A DNA stretch of 64,000 nucleotides from Guillardia theta CCMP2712 (GCF_000315625.1 NW_005434509.1:1-64000), one strand, 5' to 3'; shown: positions 1 through 9,400, counted from the first letter of the stretch. The notes: a model not told the origin generated them from the sequence alone. Numbers and translations are program-made.

Positions 1-1021
1 GAGTCAGGTGTACTCCCTCCATCGCTTCGCTCTCTCGGAAAGCTCGAAATGCTGTATCATTCGCCTCTGGGCAGCTCGAGGAGACGATCCACTCCACCTC
101 CCTCTGTCTCCAGATGACGTTGGCCCCTACAGCGATGAAGCCTTTCTGACCTAAGCCTTTGTGGACTTGCTGTCCTGGCGCCCCAGCGACCAGCATGCCT
201 GCCAGCGGCTGGAGTTGGACCGCTGCAAGGGACTGGCGCAGCAGCTGATAGCGATAGACGGCAGCTATCTCAGCCGTTGTCATGCCGCCCAAGGTTAGCA
301 GGTGAGTCAGCTCTGCCAAGCTGCCCCCTTTGCCCCAGGGTCCTCTCTTGGCTCGAATCTTGAAAGATCGATCGTGCACGATGCTCACATGTACAGCTGT
401 GAACTTGCGACCATCGATCGCGAAGTCCTCTCTTCCCTGCCAGAGCTTCTCCGCTTGTGCATTGCGGAGGAAGGAAACAGTCACCGGGATCTCCTCAGCA
501 CTCGCTATCTCGGGTCTATACGGAGCCTTCCACATGATTGCTTTACTCTCTTGCACTGAGTCTACGATCAGTCCGATCTCTTCAAATTTCTTCTTCAGCT
601 TTTCTTCATGGTTGACATACACCGAGGAGATGCCCAGGAGAGTCATGGAGATGAAGGAAGTCACCTCGTTGCCTGCTGAGGCGGTGTATGTCTCGACCTT
701 CTCCTTCTTGGCTTCTTCAATCTGCTGCATAAACCACTCTCTGGATGCGTCACTCCATCCAGTCATCGCTTCTTGCAGAAGCTCACGTCGTGCCTGCTGA
801 CATGTCGAGCGGATGGCTTCTGCGATAGCGTCGGGGGTGCATCCCTCCACAGCCTTGCAAGCCTGGGCTGTCCTGCTGTTCGGATAACGCTTCGCGAAGC
901 TCTTCACCCTCTCGACGAGATCAGCTTCGAGGACAGAGGCATCCACAAGTCCGCTCTGCGTGTATTGGCATGATCTCCGATACAGCAGGTTGCGAACATT
1001 TTCATCATACTGAAGAACCAT
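1..1021 (-). CDS. N-terminal part of the element ORF in copy A (open at the window edge)
   Basis: ATG of MVLQYDE at 1021, equivalent to 4127 in copy B. The sequence is nearly identical to the intact ORF. Confidence 0.7.
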   Translation of the reverse strand, partial: MVLQYDENVRNLLYRRSCQYTQSGLVDASVLEADLVERVKSFAKRYPNSRTAQACKAVEGCTPDAIAEAIRSTCQQARRELLQEAMTGWSDASREWFMQQIEEAKKEKVETYTASAGNEVTSFISMTLLGISSVYVNHEEKLKKKFEEIGLIVDSVQESKAIMWKAPYRPEIASAEEIPVTVSFLRNAQAEKLWQGREDFAIDGRKFTAVHVSIVHDRSFKIRAKRGPWGKGGSLAELTHLLTLGGMTTAEIAAVYRYQLLRQSLAAVQLQPLAGMLVAGAPGQQVHKGLGQKGFIAVGANVIWRQREVEWIVSSSCPEANDTAFRAFRESEAMEGVHLT

Positions 1022-1113
1022 ACTTAGAAAGCTATTTGAAGTATACAAACCTCTCGCTTGCAGCTTCCTTGGCGCCCTGGCAGCTTCCCCTACACCACGC
1101 GTGCAGCCATGCT

Positions 1114-1617
1114 GCCGAAAATAACCGGCGCTGCCTGAAATAACCGGCGCTGCCTGAAATAACCGGCGCTGCCTGAAATAACCGGCGCTGCCTGAAATAA
1201 CCGGCGCTGCCTGAAATAACCGGCGCTGCCTGAAATAACCGGCGCTGCCTGAAATAACCGGCGCTGGTGCCTAACCGGCGCTGCCTGAAATAACCGGCGC
1301 TGCCTGAAATAACCGGCGCTGCCTGAATAACCGGCGCTGCCTGAATAACCGGCGCTGCCTGAATACCGGCGCTGCCTGAATAACCGGCGCTGCCTGAATA
1401 CCGGCGCTGCCTGAAATAACCGGCGCTGCCTGAAATAACCGGCGCTGCCTGAAATAACCGGCGCTGCCTGAAATAACCGGCGCTGCCTGAAATAACCGGC
1501 GCTGCCTGAAATAACCGGCGCTGCCTGAAATAACCGGCGCTGCCTGAAATAACCGGCGCTGCCTGAAATAACCGGCGCTGCCTGAAATAACCGGCGCTGC
1601 CTGAAATAACCGGCGCT
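1114..1617 (+). repeat. 19-bp tandem array (GCCTGAAATAACCGGCGCT) x ~27
   Basis: Directly visible. There are a few 17-18 bp variants at ~1266-1410, and the first monomer is GCCGAAAATAACCGGCGCT. Confidence 0.97.
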
Positions 1618-1634
1618 CCTAAACCCTAAACCCT
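1618..1634 (+). repeat. Short interstitial telomeric tract (CCCTAAA)n, junction A/B
   Basis: CCTAAACCCTAAACCCT, the reverse complement of (TTTAGGG)n. Confidence 0.9.
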
Positions 1635-1669
1635 TCTACTCTCTACTTCTGCTGTCTTCTCTTGGCTTG

Positions 1670-1955
1670 CTCAGCCTCAGTCAGGAGAGTTGCCTCTCCT
1701 CACCTTGGCCTTCGGTCGCCACCTACTCTACCTCCATTCAGCTTCCTCAGCCTCAGTCAGGAGAGTTGCCTCTCCTCACCTTGGCCTTCGGTCGCCACCT
1801 ACTCTACCTCCATTCAGCTTCCTCAGCCTCAGTCAGGAGAGTTGCCTCTCCTCACCTTGGCCTTCGGTCGCCACCTACTCCTCCTCCATTCAGCTTCCTC
1901 AGCCTCAGTCAGGAGAGTTGCCTCTCCTCACCTTGGCCTTCGGTCGCCTCCTACC
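1670..1955 (+). repeat. 76-bp tandem repeat, ~3.7 copies, just downstream of the element ORF stop
   Basis: TCAGCCTCAGTCAGGAGAG recurs at 1671, 1747, 1823 and 1899. Confidence 0.95.
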
Positions 1956-1979
1956 TTCTCTCCTTACCTTGAGCTCAGC

Positions 1980-4127
1980 TCAAGCTCGGTACGGGCTCGC
2001 CCCGTCTTCTTCCTCGCCCTCGCCTTGCTCTTCCTCCATGTCTTCCTCTTCTTCGTCATCTTCCCTCATCTCCACTCGCAGTCGGTCCTTCTTGTCCACT
2101 TTCAGCAAGCAGGCCAGCACATGCATCTCTGCGAATTTACTCAGTGCTATGAACAGGAAGCTAAGAGATCGACGCTCTATGTCGTCGCTCTCCGCCTCCT
2201 GCTCAAGCTCAGCAGCTGCCGTTGCCCGTGGCGAGAACGCGCTGCCCCTCCTTGCCTTCTTGCTCTCTCCTTGCACGCGAGTCCAGCGCTTGCTCTGCAG
2301 CCACTTCCCCAGCTTCTCCTTGAGAACGTTGCGCCCAACTCCCTGCTCCTCTGGCATCTTCGCCCACTCTCCCAGCGACATGAACTCCAGGCTCCCCGGA
2401 GAGTAGAAGGTGTCGTGGAGGTTGCCAACGGCCTTGTCCAGGACCAGCTTGATCGGCTCGCTCGTCCCCGCCTCGTTCAAAGAAGCTGCATCTTCGATGA
2501 CTGCTGACAGCTCGCTGACGAGCTGCATGTCCTCTTGGCTTGACGGAGATGCTGCCTCCATTGTGATCCTCTCCAGGTCTGTAAACTCCAGCCACTCTCC
2601 CTCGCTCTCCTCCTGTCGCTGCGCTGCGTCGCTGGTGCCCCGCTGACCAGCCGCCTCAGAGTCAGGCTCCTTGTCGAAGCCGACTGCTTCGAGCTTGGTT
2701 GCTGCGCCTTCGAGATAGAAGGGCAGCTCCTTCATCATGCGTCGAGCATCCTCCGTGGAGCCGAGGAGGATGCATAGCTTGGACCCGTTCCAGGACTTGG
2801 TGTTCAAATCCTCCTCCATGTCGATGCCTTCAACTTTGATCTCGAGCCTGTTAGCGATCTCCAACAAGACTCTCTTGACTCTTGCGATGGAAGTGTTGCC
2901 GCCGTTGCACAGCCCCTCCATCTCCTTCCTCGTGAAGCGACCAGATGCCGCCGTCGACTTGATGATGATCTTGATCTCCTTGCCGTCCTTGCCGCCTGCC
3001 TTCTTCTGCATCCTTGATGCCTTCTTCAATTTATTTCTGGACACAAAGCGATCCGCTGTCAACTCGACTGCGAGCGCCTCTCTGATCTTCGGGTCCTCGC
3101 TGAACAGAGTCAGGTGTACTCCCTCCATCGCTTCGCTCTCTCGGAAAGCTCGAAATGCTGTATCATTCGCCTCTGGGCAGCTCGAGGAGACGATCCACTC
3201 CACCTCCCTCTGTCTCCAGATGACGTTGGCCCCTACAGCGATGAAGCCTTTCTGACCTAAGCCTTTGTGGACTTGCTGTCCTGGCGCCCCAGCGACCAGC
3301 ATGCCTGCCAGCGGCTGGAGCTGGACCGCTGCAAGGGACTGGCGCAGCAGCTGATAGCGATAGACGGCAGCTATCTCAGCCGTTGTCATGCCGCCCAAGG
3401 TTAGCAGGTGAGTCAGCTCTGCCAAGCTGCCCCCTTTGCCCCAGGGTCCTCTCTTGGCTCGAATCTTGAAAGATCGATCGTGCACGATGCTCACATGTAC
3501 AGCTGTGAACTTGCGACCATCGATCGCGAAGTCCTCTCTTCCCTGCCAGAGCTTCTCCGCTTGTGCATTGCGGAGGAAGGAAACAGTCACCGGGATCTCC
3601 TCAGCACTCGCTATCTCGGGTCTATACGGAGCCTTCCACATGATTGCTTTACTCTCTTGCACTGAGTCTACGATCAGTCCGATCTCTTCAAATTTCTTCT
3701 TCAGCTTTTCTTCATGGTTGACATACACCGAGGAGATGCCCAGGAGAGTCATGGAGATGAAGGAAGTCACCTCGTTGCCTGCTGAGGCGGTGTATGTCTC
3801 GACCTTCTCCTTCTTGGCTTCTTCAATCTGCTGCATAAACCACTCTCTGGATGCGTCACTCCATCCAGTCATCGCTTCTTGCAGAAGCTCACGTCGTGCC
3901 TGCTGACATGTCGAGCGGATGGCTTCTGCGATAGCGTCGGGGGTGCATCCCTCCACAGCCTTGCAAGCCTGGGCTGTCCTGCTGTTTGGATAACGCTTCG
4001 CGAAGCTCTTCACCCTCTCGACGAGGTCAGCTTCGAGGACAGAGGCATCCACAAGTCCGCTCTGCGTGTATTGGCATGATCTCCGATACAGCAGGTTGCG
4101 AACATTTTCATCATACTGAAGAACCAT
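1980..4127 (-). CDS. 715-aa element protein with RRM-like segments and an acidic C-terminus; ORF1/Gag-like candidate
   Basis: Intronless ORF. The track gives 742 aa from a non-ATG start; the first in-frame ATG (MVLQ) is kept in all four copies. The pattern SMTLLGI..EEKLKKKFEEIG.IVDSV..VTVSF..AQAEKLW..AIDGRKFTAV fits a beta-alpha-beta-beta-alpha-beta RRM by eye. No RT or endonuclease motifs seen. Confidence 0.7.
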   Translation of the reverse strand: MVLQYDENVRNLLYRRSCQYTQSGLVDASVLEADLVERVKSFAKRYPNSRTAQACKAVEGCTPDAIAEAIRSTCQQARRELLQEAMTGWSDASREWFMQQIEEAKKEKVETYTASAGNEVTSFISMTLLGISSVYVNHEEKLKKKFEEIGLIVDSVQESKAIMWKAPYRPEIASAEEIPVTVSFLRNAQAEKLWQGREDFAIDGRKFTAVHVSIVHDRSFKIRAKRGPWGKGGSLAELTHLLTLGGMTTAEIAAVYRYQLLRQSLAAVQLQPLAGMLVAGAPGQQVHKGLGQKGFIAVGANVIWRQREVEWIVSSSCPEANDTAFRAFRESEAMEGVHLTLFSEDPKIREALAVELTADRFVSRNKLKKASRMQKKAGGKDGKEIKIIIKSTAASGRFTRKEMEGLCNGGNTSIARVKRVLLEIANRLEIKVEGIDMEEDLNTKSWNGSKLCILLGSTEDARRMMKELPFYLEGAATKLEAVGFDKEPDSEAAGQRGTSDAAQRQEESEGEWLEFTDLERITMEAASPSSQEDMQLVSELSAVIEDAASLNEAGTSEPIKLVLDKAVGNLHDTFYSPGSLEFMSLGEWAKMPEEQGVGRNVLKEKLGKWLQSKRWTRVQGESKKARRGSAFSPRATAAAELEQEAESDDIERRSLSFLFIALSKFAEMHVLACLLKVDKKDRLRVEMREDDEEEEDMEEEQGEGEEEDGASPYRA

Positions 4128-4238
4128 ACTTAGAAAGCTATTTGAAGTATACAAACCTCTCGCTTGCAGCTTCCTTGGCGCCCTGGCGTCTTCCCCTACA
4201 CCTGGCAAGGAGCCATGCTGCCAAAAATAACGGCGCCT

Positions 4239-4257
4239 CCTAAACCCTAAACCCTAA
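4239..4257 (+). repeat. Short interstitial telomeric tract, junction B/C
   Basis: CCTAAACCCTAAACCCTAA. Confidence 0.9.
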
Positions 4258-5069
4258 GAAAACAGTCACCAGGATCTCCTCAGCACTCGCTATCTCGGGT
4301 CTATACGGAGCCTTCCACATGATTGCTTTACTCTCTTGCACTGAGTCTACGATCAGTCCGATCTCTTCAAATTTCTTCTTCAGCTTTTCTTCATCGTTGA
4401 CATACACCGAGGAGATGCCCAGGAGAGTCATGGAGATGAAGGAAGTCACCTCGTTGCCTGCTGAGGCGGTGTATGTCTCGACCTTCTCCTTCTTGGCTTC
4501 TTCAATCTGCTGCATAAACCATTCTCTGGATGCGTCACTCCATCCAGTCATCGCTTCTTGCAGAAGCTCACGTCGTGCCTGCTGACATGTCGAGCGGATG
4601 GCTTCTGCGATAGCGTCGGGGGTGCATCCCTCCACAGCCTTGCAAGCCTGGGCTGTCCTACTGTTCGGATAACGCTTCGCGAAGCTCTTCACCCTCTCGA
4701 CCAGATCAGCTTCGAGGACAGAGGCATCCACAAGTCCGCTCTGCGTGTATTGGCATGATCTCCGATACAGCAGGATGCGAACATTTTCATCATACTGAAG
4801 AACCATACTTAGAAAGCTATTTGAAATATACAAACCTCTCGCTTGCAGCTTCCTTGGCGCCCTGGCGGCTTCCCCTACACCTGACGAGGAGCCATGCTGC
4901 CAAAAATAACGGCGCCTGCCGAAAATAACGGCGCCTGCCGAAAATAACGGCGCCTGCCGAAAATAACGGCGCCTGCCGAAAATAACGGCGCCTGCCGAAA
5001 ATAACGGCGCCTGCCGAAAATAACGGCGCCTGCCGAAAATAACGGCGCCTGCCGAAAATAACGGCGCCT
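4258..5069 (-). mobile_element. Telomere-associated element, copy C (truncated inside the ORF)
   Basis: Matches copy B from ~3580 onward with a few substitutions. The ORF runs into the telomeric tract (…VTVF-LGFRV*). Confidence 0.8.
4899..5069 (+). repeat. 19-bp tandem array (GCCGAAAATAACGGCGCCT) x 9
   Basis: Nine monomers; the first is GCCAAAAATAACGGCGCCT, identical to the single monomer of copy B. Confidence 0.97.
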
Positions 5070-5092
5070 CCTAAACCCTAAACCCTAAACCC
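5070..5092 (+). repeat. Short interstitial telomeric tract, junction C/D
   Basis: CCTAAACCCTAAACCCTAAACCC. Confidence 0.92.
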
Positions 5093-5494
5093 ATCACTAG
5101 TCCAAAAGCAGGAGAGCTCGTCCCCGATTGATAAGGATTGATAGTTGTGGCTTGCACAACTATCATCTTCAGGCAAAGCCTGCCGGATCTGTCCGCTCCC
5201 GGGCCGTGAGGAAGCAAGGTGATAATAATGAAGAGTTTCATACCCAAGCAACGAAATCCACGTTCAACAATGACAATGTACGACGCATTGGTAGGGAGGT
5301 CGAGCTCCAGCTCTTGTTGCACAGCACGTAGCTTGGCACTCATGCTGAGCCTCCTGGCCTGTGTCGAGCCTTCCTCTGCCTGCATTCCCGCGCAGGATAC
5401 AACTAAATATAAAATCGAAACGTTTTGTAGCACATTTATAAAGCACATAGTGTGCAATCACGGTATAAGTAGTTCTAAAAATTTTAAAGCCTTA
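5093..5494. mobile_element. Unrelated 400-bp segment D within the telomeric stack (second family or captured fragment)
   Basis: Flanked by telomeric tracts, with no similarity to the visible parts of A, B, C or E. A minus-strand ORF (5071..5457) runs into the telomeric tract. Confidence 0.5.
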
Positions 5495-5505
5495 TAAACC
5501 CTAAA
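5495..5505 (+). repeat. Minimal telomeric tract, junction D/E
   Basis: TAAACCCTAAA lies exactly where homology to copy B resumes. Confidence 0.7.
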
Positions 5506-6114
5506 AGTCCTCTCTTCCATGCCAGAGCTTCTCCGCTTGTGCATTACGGAGGAAGGAAACAGTCACCGGGATCTCCTCAGCACTCGCTATCTCGGATCTA
5601 TACGGAGCCTTCCACATGATCGCTTTACTCTCTTGCACTGAGTCTACGATCAGTCCGATCTCTTCGAATTTCTCTTCAGGTTCCCCTCGTGGTTGAGATA
5701 CACCGAAGATATCCCCAGCAGAGTCATGGAGATGAAGGAAGTCACCTCGTTGCCTGCTGAGGCGGTGTATGTCTCGACCTTCTCCTTCTTGGCTTCCTCC
5801 ATCTGCTGCATAAACCACTCTCTAGATGCGTCATTCCATCCAGTCATCGCTTCTTGTAGAAGCTCACGTCGTGCCTGCTGACATGTCGAGCGGATGGCTT
5901 CTGCGATAGCGTCGGGGGTGCATCCCTCCACAGCCTTGCAAGCCTGGGCTGTCCTACTGTTAGGAAAACGTTTCGCGAAGCTCTTCACCCTCTCGACCAG
6001 ATCAGCTTCGAGGACCGAGGCATCTACAAGCTCGGCCTGCGTGTATTGGCATGATCTCCGATACAGCTTGTTGCGAACACTTTCATCATACTGAAGAACC
6101 ATACTTAGAAAGCT
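5504..6114 (-). pseudogene. Telomere-associated element, copy E (innermost, most diverged, frameshifted)
   Basis: Matches copy B ~3529-4139 with many substitutions and a 1-bp deletion near 5672 that splits the ORF (5650..6102 and 5501..5818). It lacks the 19-mer end. Confidence 0.8.
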
Positions 6115-6473
6115 GCTTTGATCCTCAACAATAGGCTTATCAGCCCCTGAACTGTTCCAACATGGACATTGCGAATGTGTGGGCTGAGATACAGTTACTG
6201 TCAGCCCGATGCCACGTCAAATATGTGCAAAATATCGGTGGTAGGAAGCTATGCCATGTATTTCACTCTACGATCAAGAAACAATTCCTCACAAACGGGA
6301 TTCATCTTTTAAATGTTACACAAACATCTGCAGAAAATCATGGAAACTACCATGAGCAGCAGGAAAAAGCTCGAACAGATTTGACAGCAATGAATAGATG
6401 CAACATGAAGAAGATGCATGATGATAAAAAAGACACGAAATGTATCCTTGACGTCCCAATTCATTCATACATC

Positions 6474-9400
6474 TTATTTGGAGCCGCCATCGAGGACCTT
6501 GGCTTCTTTCGAGCCGCCATCGAGGACCTTGCCTTCTTTGGAGCCGCCATCGAGGACCTTGGCTTCTTTCGAGCCGCCATCGAGGACCTTGCCTTCTTTC
6601 GAGCCGCCATCGAGGACCTTGCCTTCTTTCGATCCGCCATCGAGGACCTTGGCTTCTTTCGATCCGCCATCGAGGACCTTGGCTTCTTTCGAGCCGCCAT
6701 CGAGGACCTTGGCTTCTTTCGATCCGCCATCGAGGACCTTGGCTTCTTTCGAGCCGCCATCGAGGACCTTGCCTTCTTTCGAGCCGCCATCGAGGACCTT
6801 GCCTTCTTTCGAGCCGCCATCGAGGACCTTGGCTTCTTTCGAGCCGCCATCGAGGACCTTGGCTTCTTTCGAGCCGCCATCGAGGACCTTGGCTTCTTTC
6901 GATCCGCCATCGAGGACCTTGGCTTCTTTCGAGCCGCCATCGAGGACCTTGGCTTCTTTCGAGCCGCCATCGAGGACCTTGGCTTCTTTCGAGCCGCCAT
7001 CGAGGACCTTGGCTTCTTTCGAGCCGCCATCGAGGACCTTGGCTTCTTTCGAGCCGCCATCGAGGACCTTGGCTTCTTTCGAGCCGCCATCGAGGACCTT
7101 GGCTTCTTTCGAGCCGCCATCGAGGACCTTGGCTTCTTTCGAGCCGCCATCGAGGACCTTGGCTTCTTTCGAGCCGCCATCGAGGACCTTGGCTTCTTTC
7201 GAGCCGCCATCGAGGACCTTTCCTTCTTTCGAGCCGCCATCGAGGACCTTGGCTTCTTTCGATCCGCCATCGAGGACCTTGGCTTCTTTCGAGCCGCCAT
7301 CGAGGACCTTGCCTTCTTTCGAGCCGCCATCGAGGACCTTGGCTTCTTTCGAGCCGCCATCGAGGACCTTGGCTTCTTTCGAGCCGCCATCGAGGACCTT
7401 GGCTTCTTTCGAGCCGCCATCGAGGACCTTGGCTTCTTTCGAGCCGCCATCGAGGACCTTGGCTTCTTTCGAGCCGCCATCGAGGACCTTGGCTTCTTTC
7501 GAGCCGCCATCGAGGACCTTGCCTTCTTTGGAGTCAGCTTCTCTGCCCATGCCTCGTTTGTTTCCTTCTGGAGAATTTTCTGCATTAGCGTTGATGAGAA
7601 CTTTCTGGTCGTTGGTGTCCGGGCCACTGCAATGGGTTTAGAATGGACTTAGAGATCTGTGTAGTATCAGACTCACCTGTACTTCAAGACCTCCTGCATG
7701 TTCTGGTTCTCTGAATATCCTTTGACTACGAAGAGGTGAGATCCTGATTTAAGCTCTACGAACGAGCAGATCTCTTGATTTGAGTGAGACCCATCGTTAT
7801 CAATCACATGTTCCTGGTCGATGTAGACATTTGATCTGAGGGAAAGTAAAGCAGGTTAGCTCAAATCCTTTCGTCCCTTACATCCTCACCCATGGGTTGA
7901 AAGGGAGCATATGAGATACTTTCCCTCCTTAACAATGGGCACTTGTCCCTCGATGAGCCAGGCAATTTTCGAAGTCGGAGTATTGCTGATGAACTAGAGA
8001 ACAAGGTCAAACGAATACATTACAAGCAACAAAGTTTGCAGACCTTCGACAAGTCACTATACTTTGAAAAGTCAATGAATGGGAGAACTCCCGTGTCAAC
8101 AAGCTTGATGTTATTGTCCTGAAAATCGGGTATCCTATCGCGCTTTCCTGTGTAGGAGAAGATCTTTGCCTGCCACTTAGACTCTCTCTCTAGAGGAGGC
8201 GCCCATTTCTCTGCACTGCCTAGAAAGCGTTTTGTGCCAAAAGTATCAGGTCCACTGTAGGTGGCTCTGATACCGAATGAAGCGCTCCCCTGCTCAATTC
8301 GGTCAGAAACGTCAAACTGCATAACAAATGTACACGTACCGCAAACCAAGTGATCTCCACTTTGTGTTTACCCACCTTGACCCCTTTCAATTCTGAACAC
8401 TTCTCCTGCTCGATATGCACCCCTGAAATCCCAATCACTAACCATCATCCACCTCCTGCTCCCTACCATCATCATCTATGATGCGTTCCCCATCCATGTG
8501 CATAATAGCTCCATCCTTTGATTTCAAGCAGAACTCGTACGTTCCAGCCCCGACAATCTCAACCTGCCCATACCAGGCACCAGCAAAGTCCTGGCTCGGC
8601 ACGTTGGGAATGTATTGATCAAGGTCCGAGACTTTGTGAAAATCGATGGCGGGACAGTAAGCTTCCCCGAGAAAGTGCAACCACGGCAGCTGCGGAACTT
8701 GCACCAGGTCAAACGTGGCCTGAAATAGCCTCATGGTCCACTGCGACTGGGGGGGCAGCATTGGTTCTTGCGGGCTCAAACTTGGGATGAGCTCTTGTAT
8801 TTCCCATGTGTCTGGGCCGGCATAGGTAGCGACGAGCTTGACTCCGCAGCACTCGTCGTAGTACTTGACAACTACATTGTGACTGCCCTCACTTAGGTCA
8901 ATAACTCCGCACTTCTCAGACACCGTTCGCTTGGACGGGTTGTTCACGACCAGGGTGCCGCCGATGCTGAGCATGGACCCATCGTTGGACGACATGCAGA
9001 AGGTGTAGCTGCCCTCCAGCACAATCTGCAGGACACCTCCAAAAACGATGGCAAAGTCGTCGTCCGGAATGCCAGGGGAAAACTTTGAGCGGCGTCAGCT
9101 GCAAACGTAGAGAGAGGGTTCACTTACTCGGCGAAAGTCATCCGCAGATTCAAAGTCAATGGCAGGGATCTTGGCCTTGTACCCCAGAGGCTCGAGAGTC
9201 GAGGTTGACGTCGGGATGCTATTCAACTTCGTAGTTGAAAAATAGATTTGCATCATCCAATCGGAGGCCAATACCAGCACAGATTCGTCGTCTGTGTCAG
9301 GTCCGCTGTTCCAAGTGTTAGTATCGAATAGATCATCTTCAACTCTCCTGACCTCCATTTCAACTTAAGATAAGGCGTTGCCCCGTTGTTAAAAAACAAA

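Larger units (their letters stand above)
1..1617 (-). mobile_element. Telomere-associated element, copy A (continues beyond the left window edge)
   Basis: 1-~1110 is nearly identical to 3107-~4216 (offset 3106; ORFs 302..559 and 3408..3665 translate identically). It is followed by a 19-bp array and then CCTAAACCCTAAACCCT. Confidence 0.8.
1635..4238 (-). mobile_element. Telomere-associated element, copy B (longest copy, intact ORF, one 19-mer at 4220-4238)
   Basis: Bounded by telomeric tracts on both sides and homologous to copies A, C and E. Confidence 0.8.

Noticed and set aside
4116-4150. Possible hammerhead ribozyme core CTGAAGA…GAAA near the constant end, as expected for Penelope-like elements
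   Set aside because: Stem II cannot close (A opposite A), and I could not build stems I and III. An Infernal scan would settle it.
1662-4243. Plus-strand ORFs overlapping the element ORF, as a possible RT
   Set aside because: They are Ser/Leu-rich antisense shadows or repeat-derived, with no RT motifs.
1114-7531. 19-, 76- and 30-bp arrays as CRISPR arrays
   Set aside because: They are head-to-tail tandem repeats with no unique spacers, there are no cas genes, and the context is eukaryotic.
6162-7652. Alternative ORFs over the 30-mer (496 aa and 407 aa on +; histone-H1-like MAARKKPRSS on -)
   Set aside because: The unit has no stop codon in any frame. The splice junction and synonymous variants favour the SKEAKVLDGG frame.
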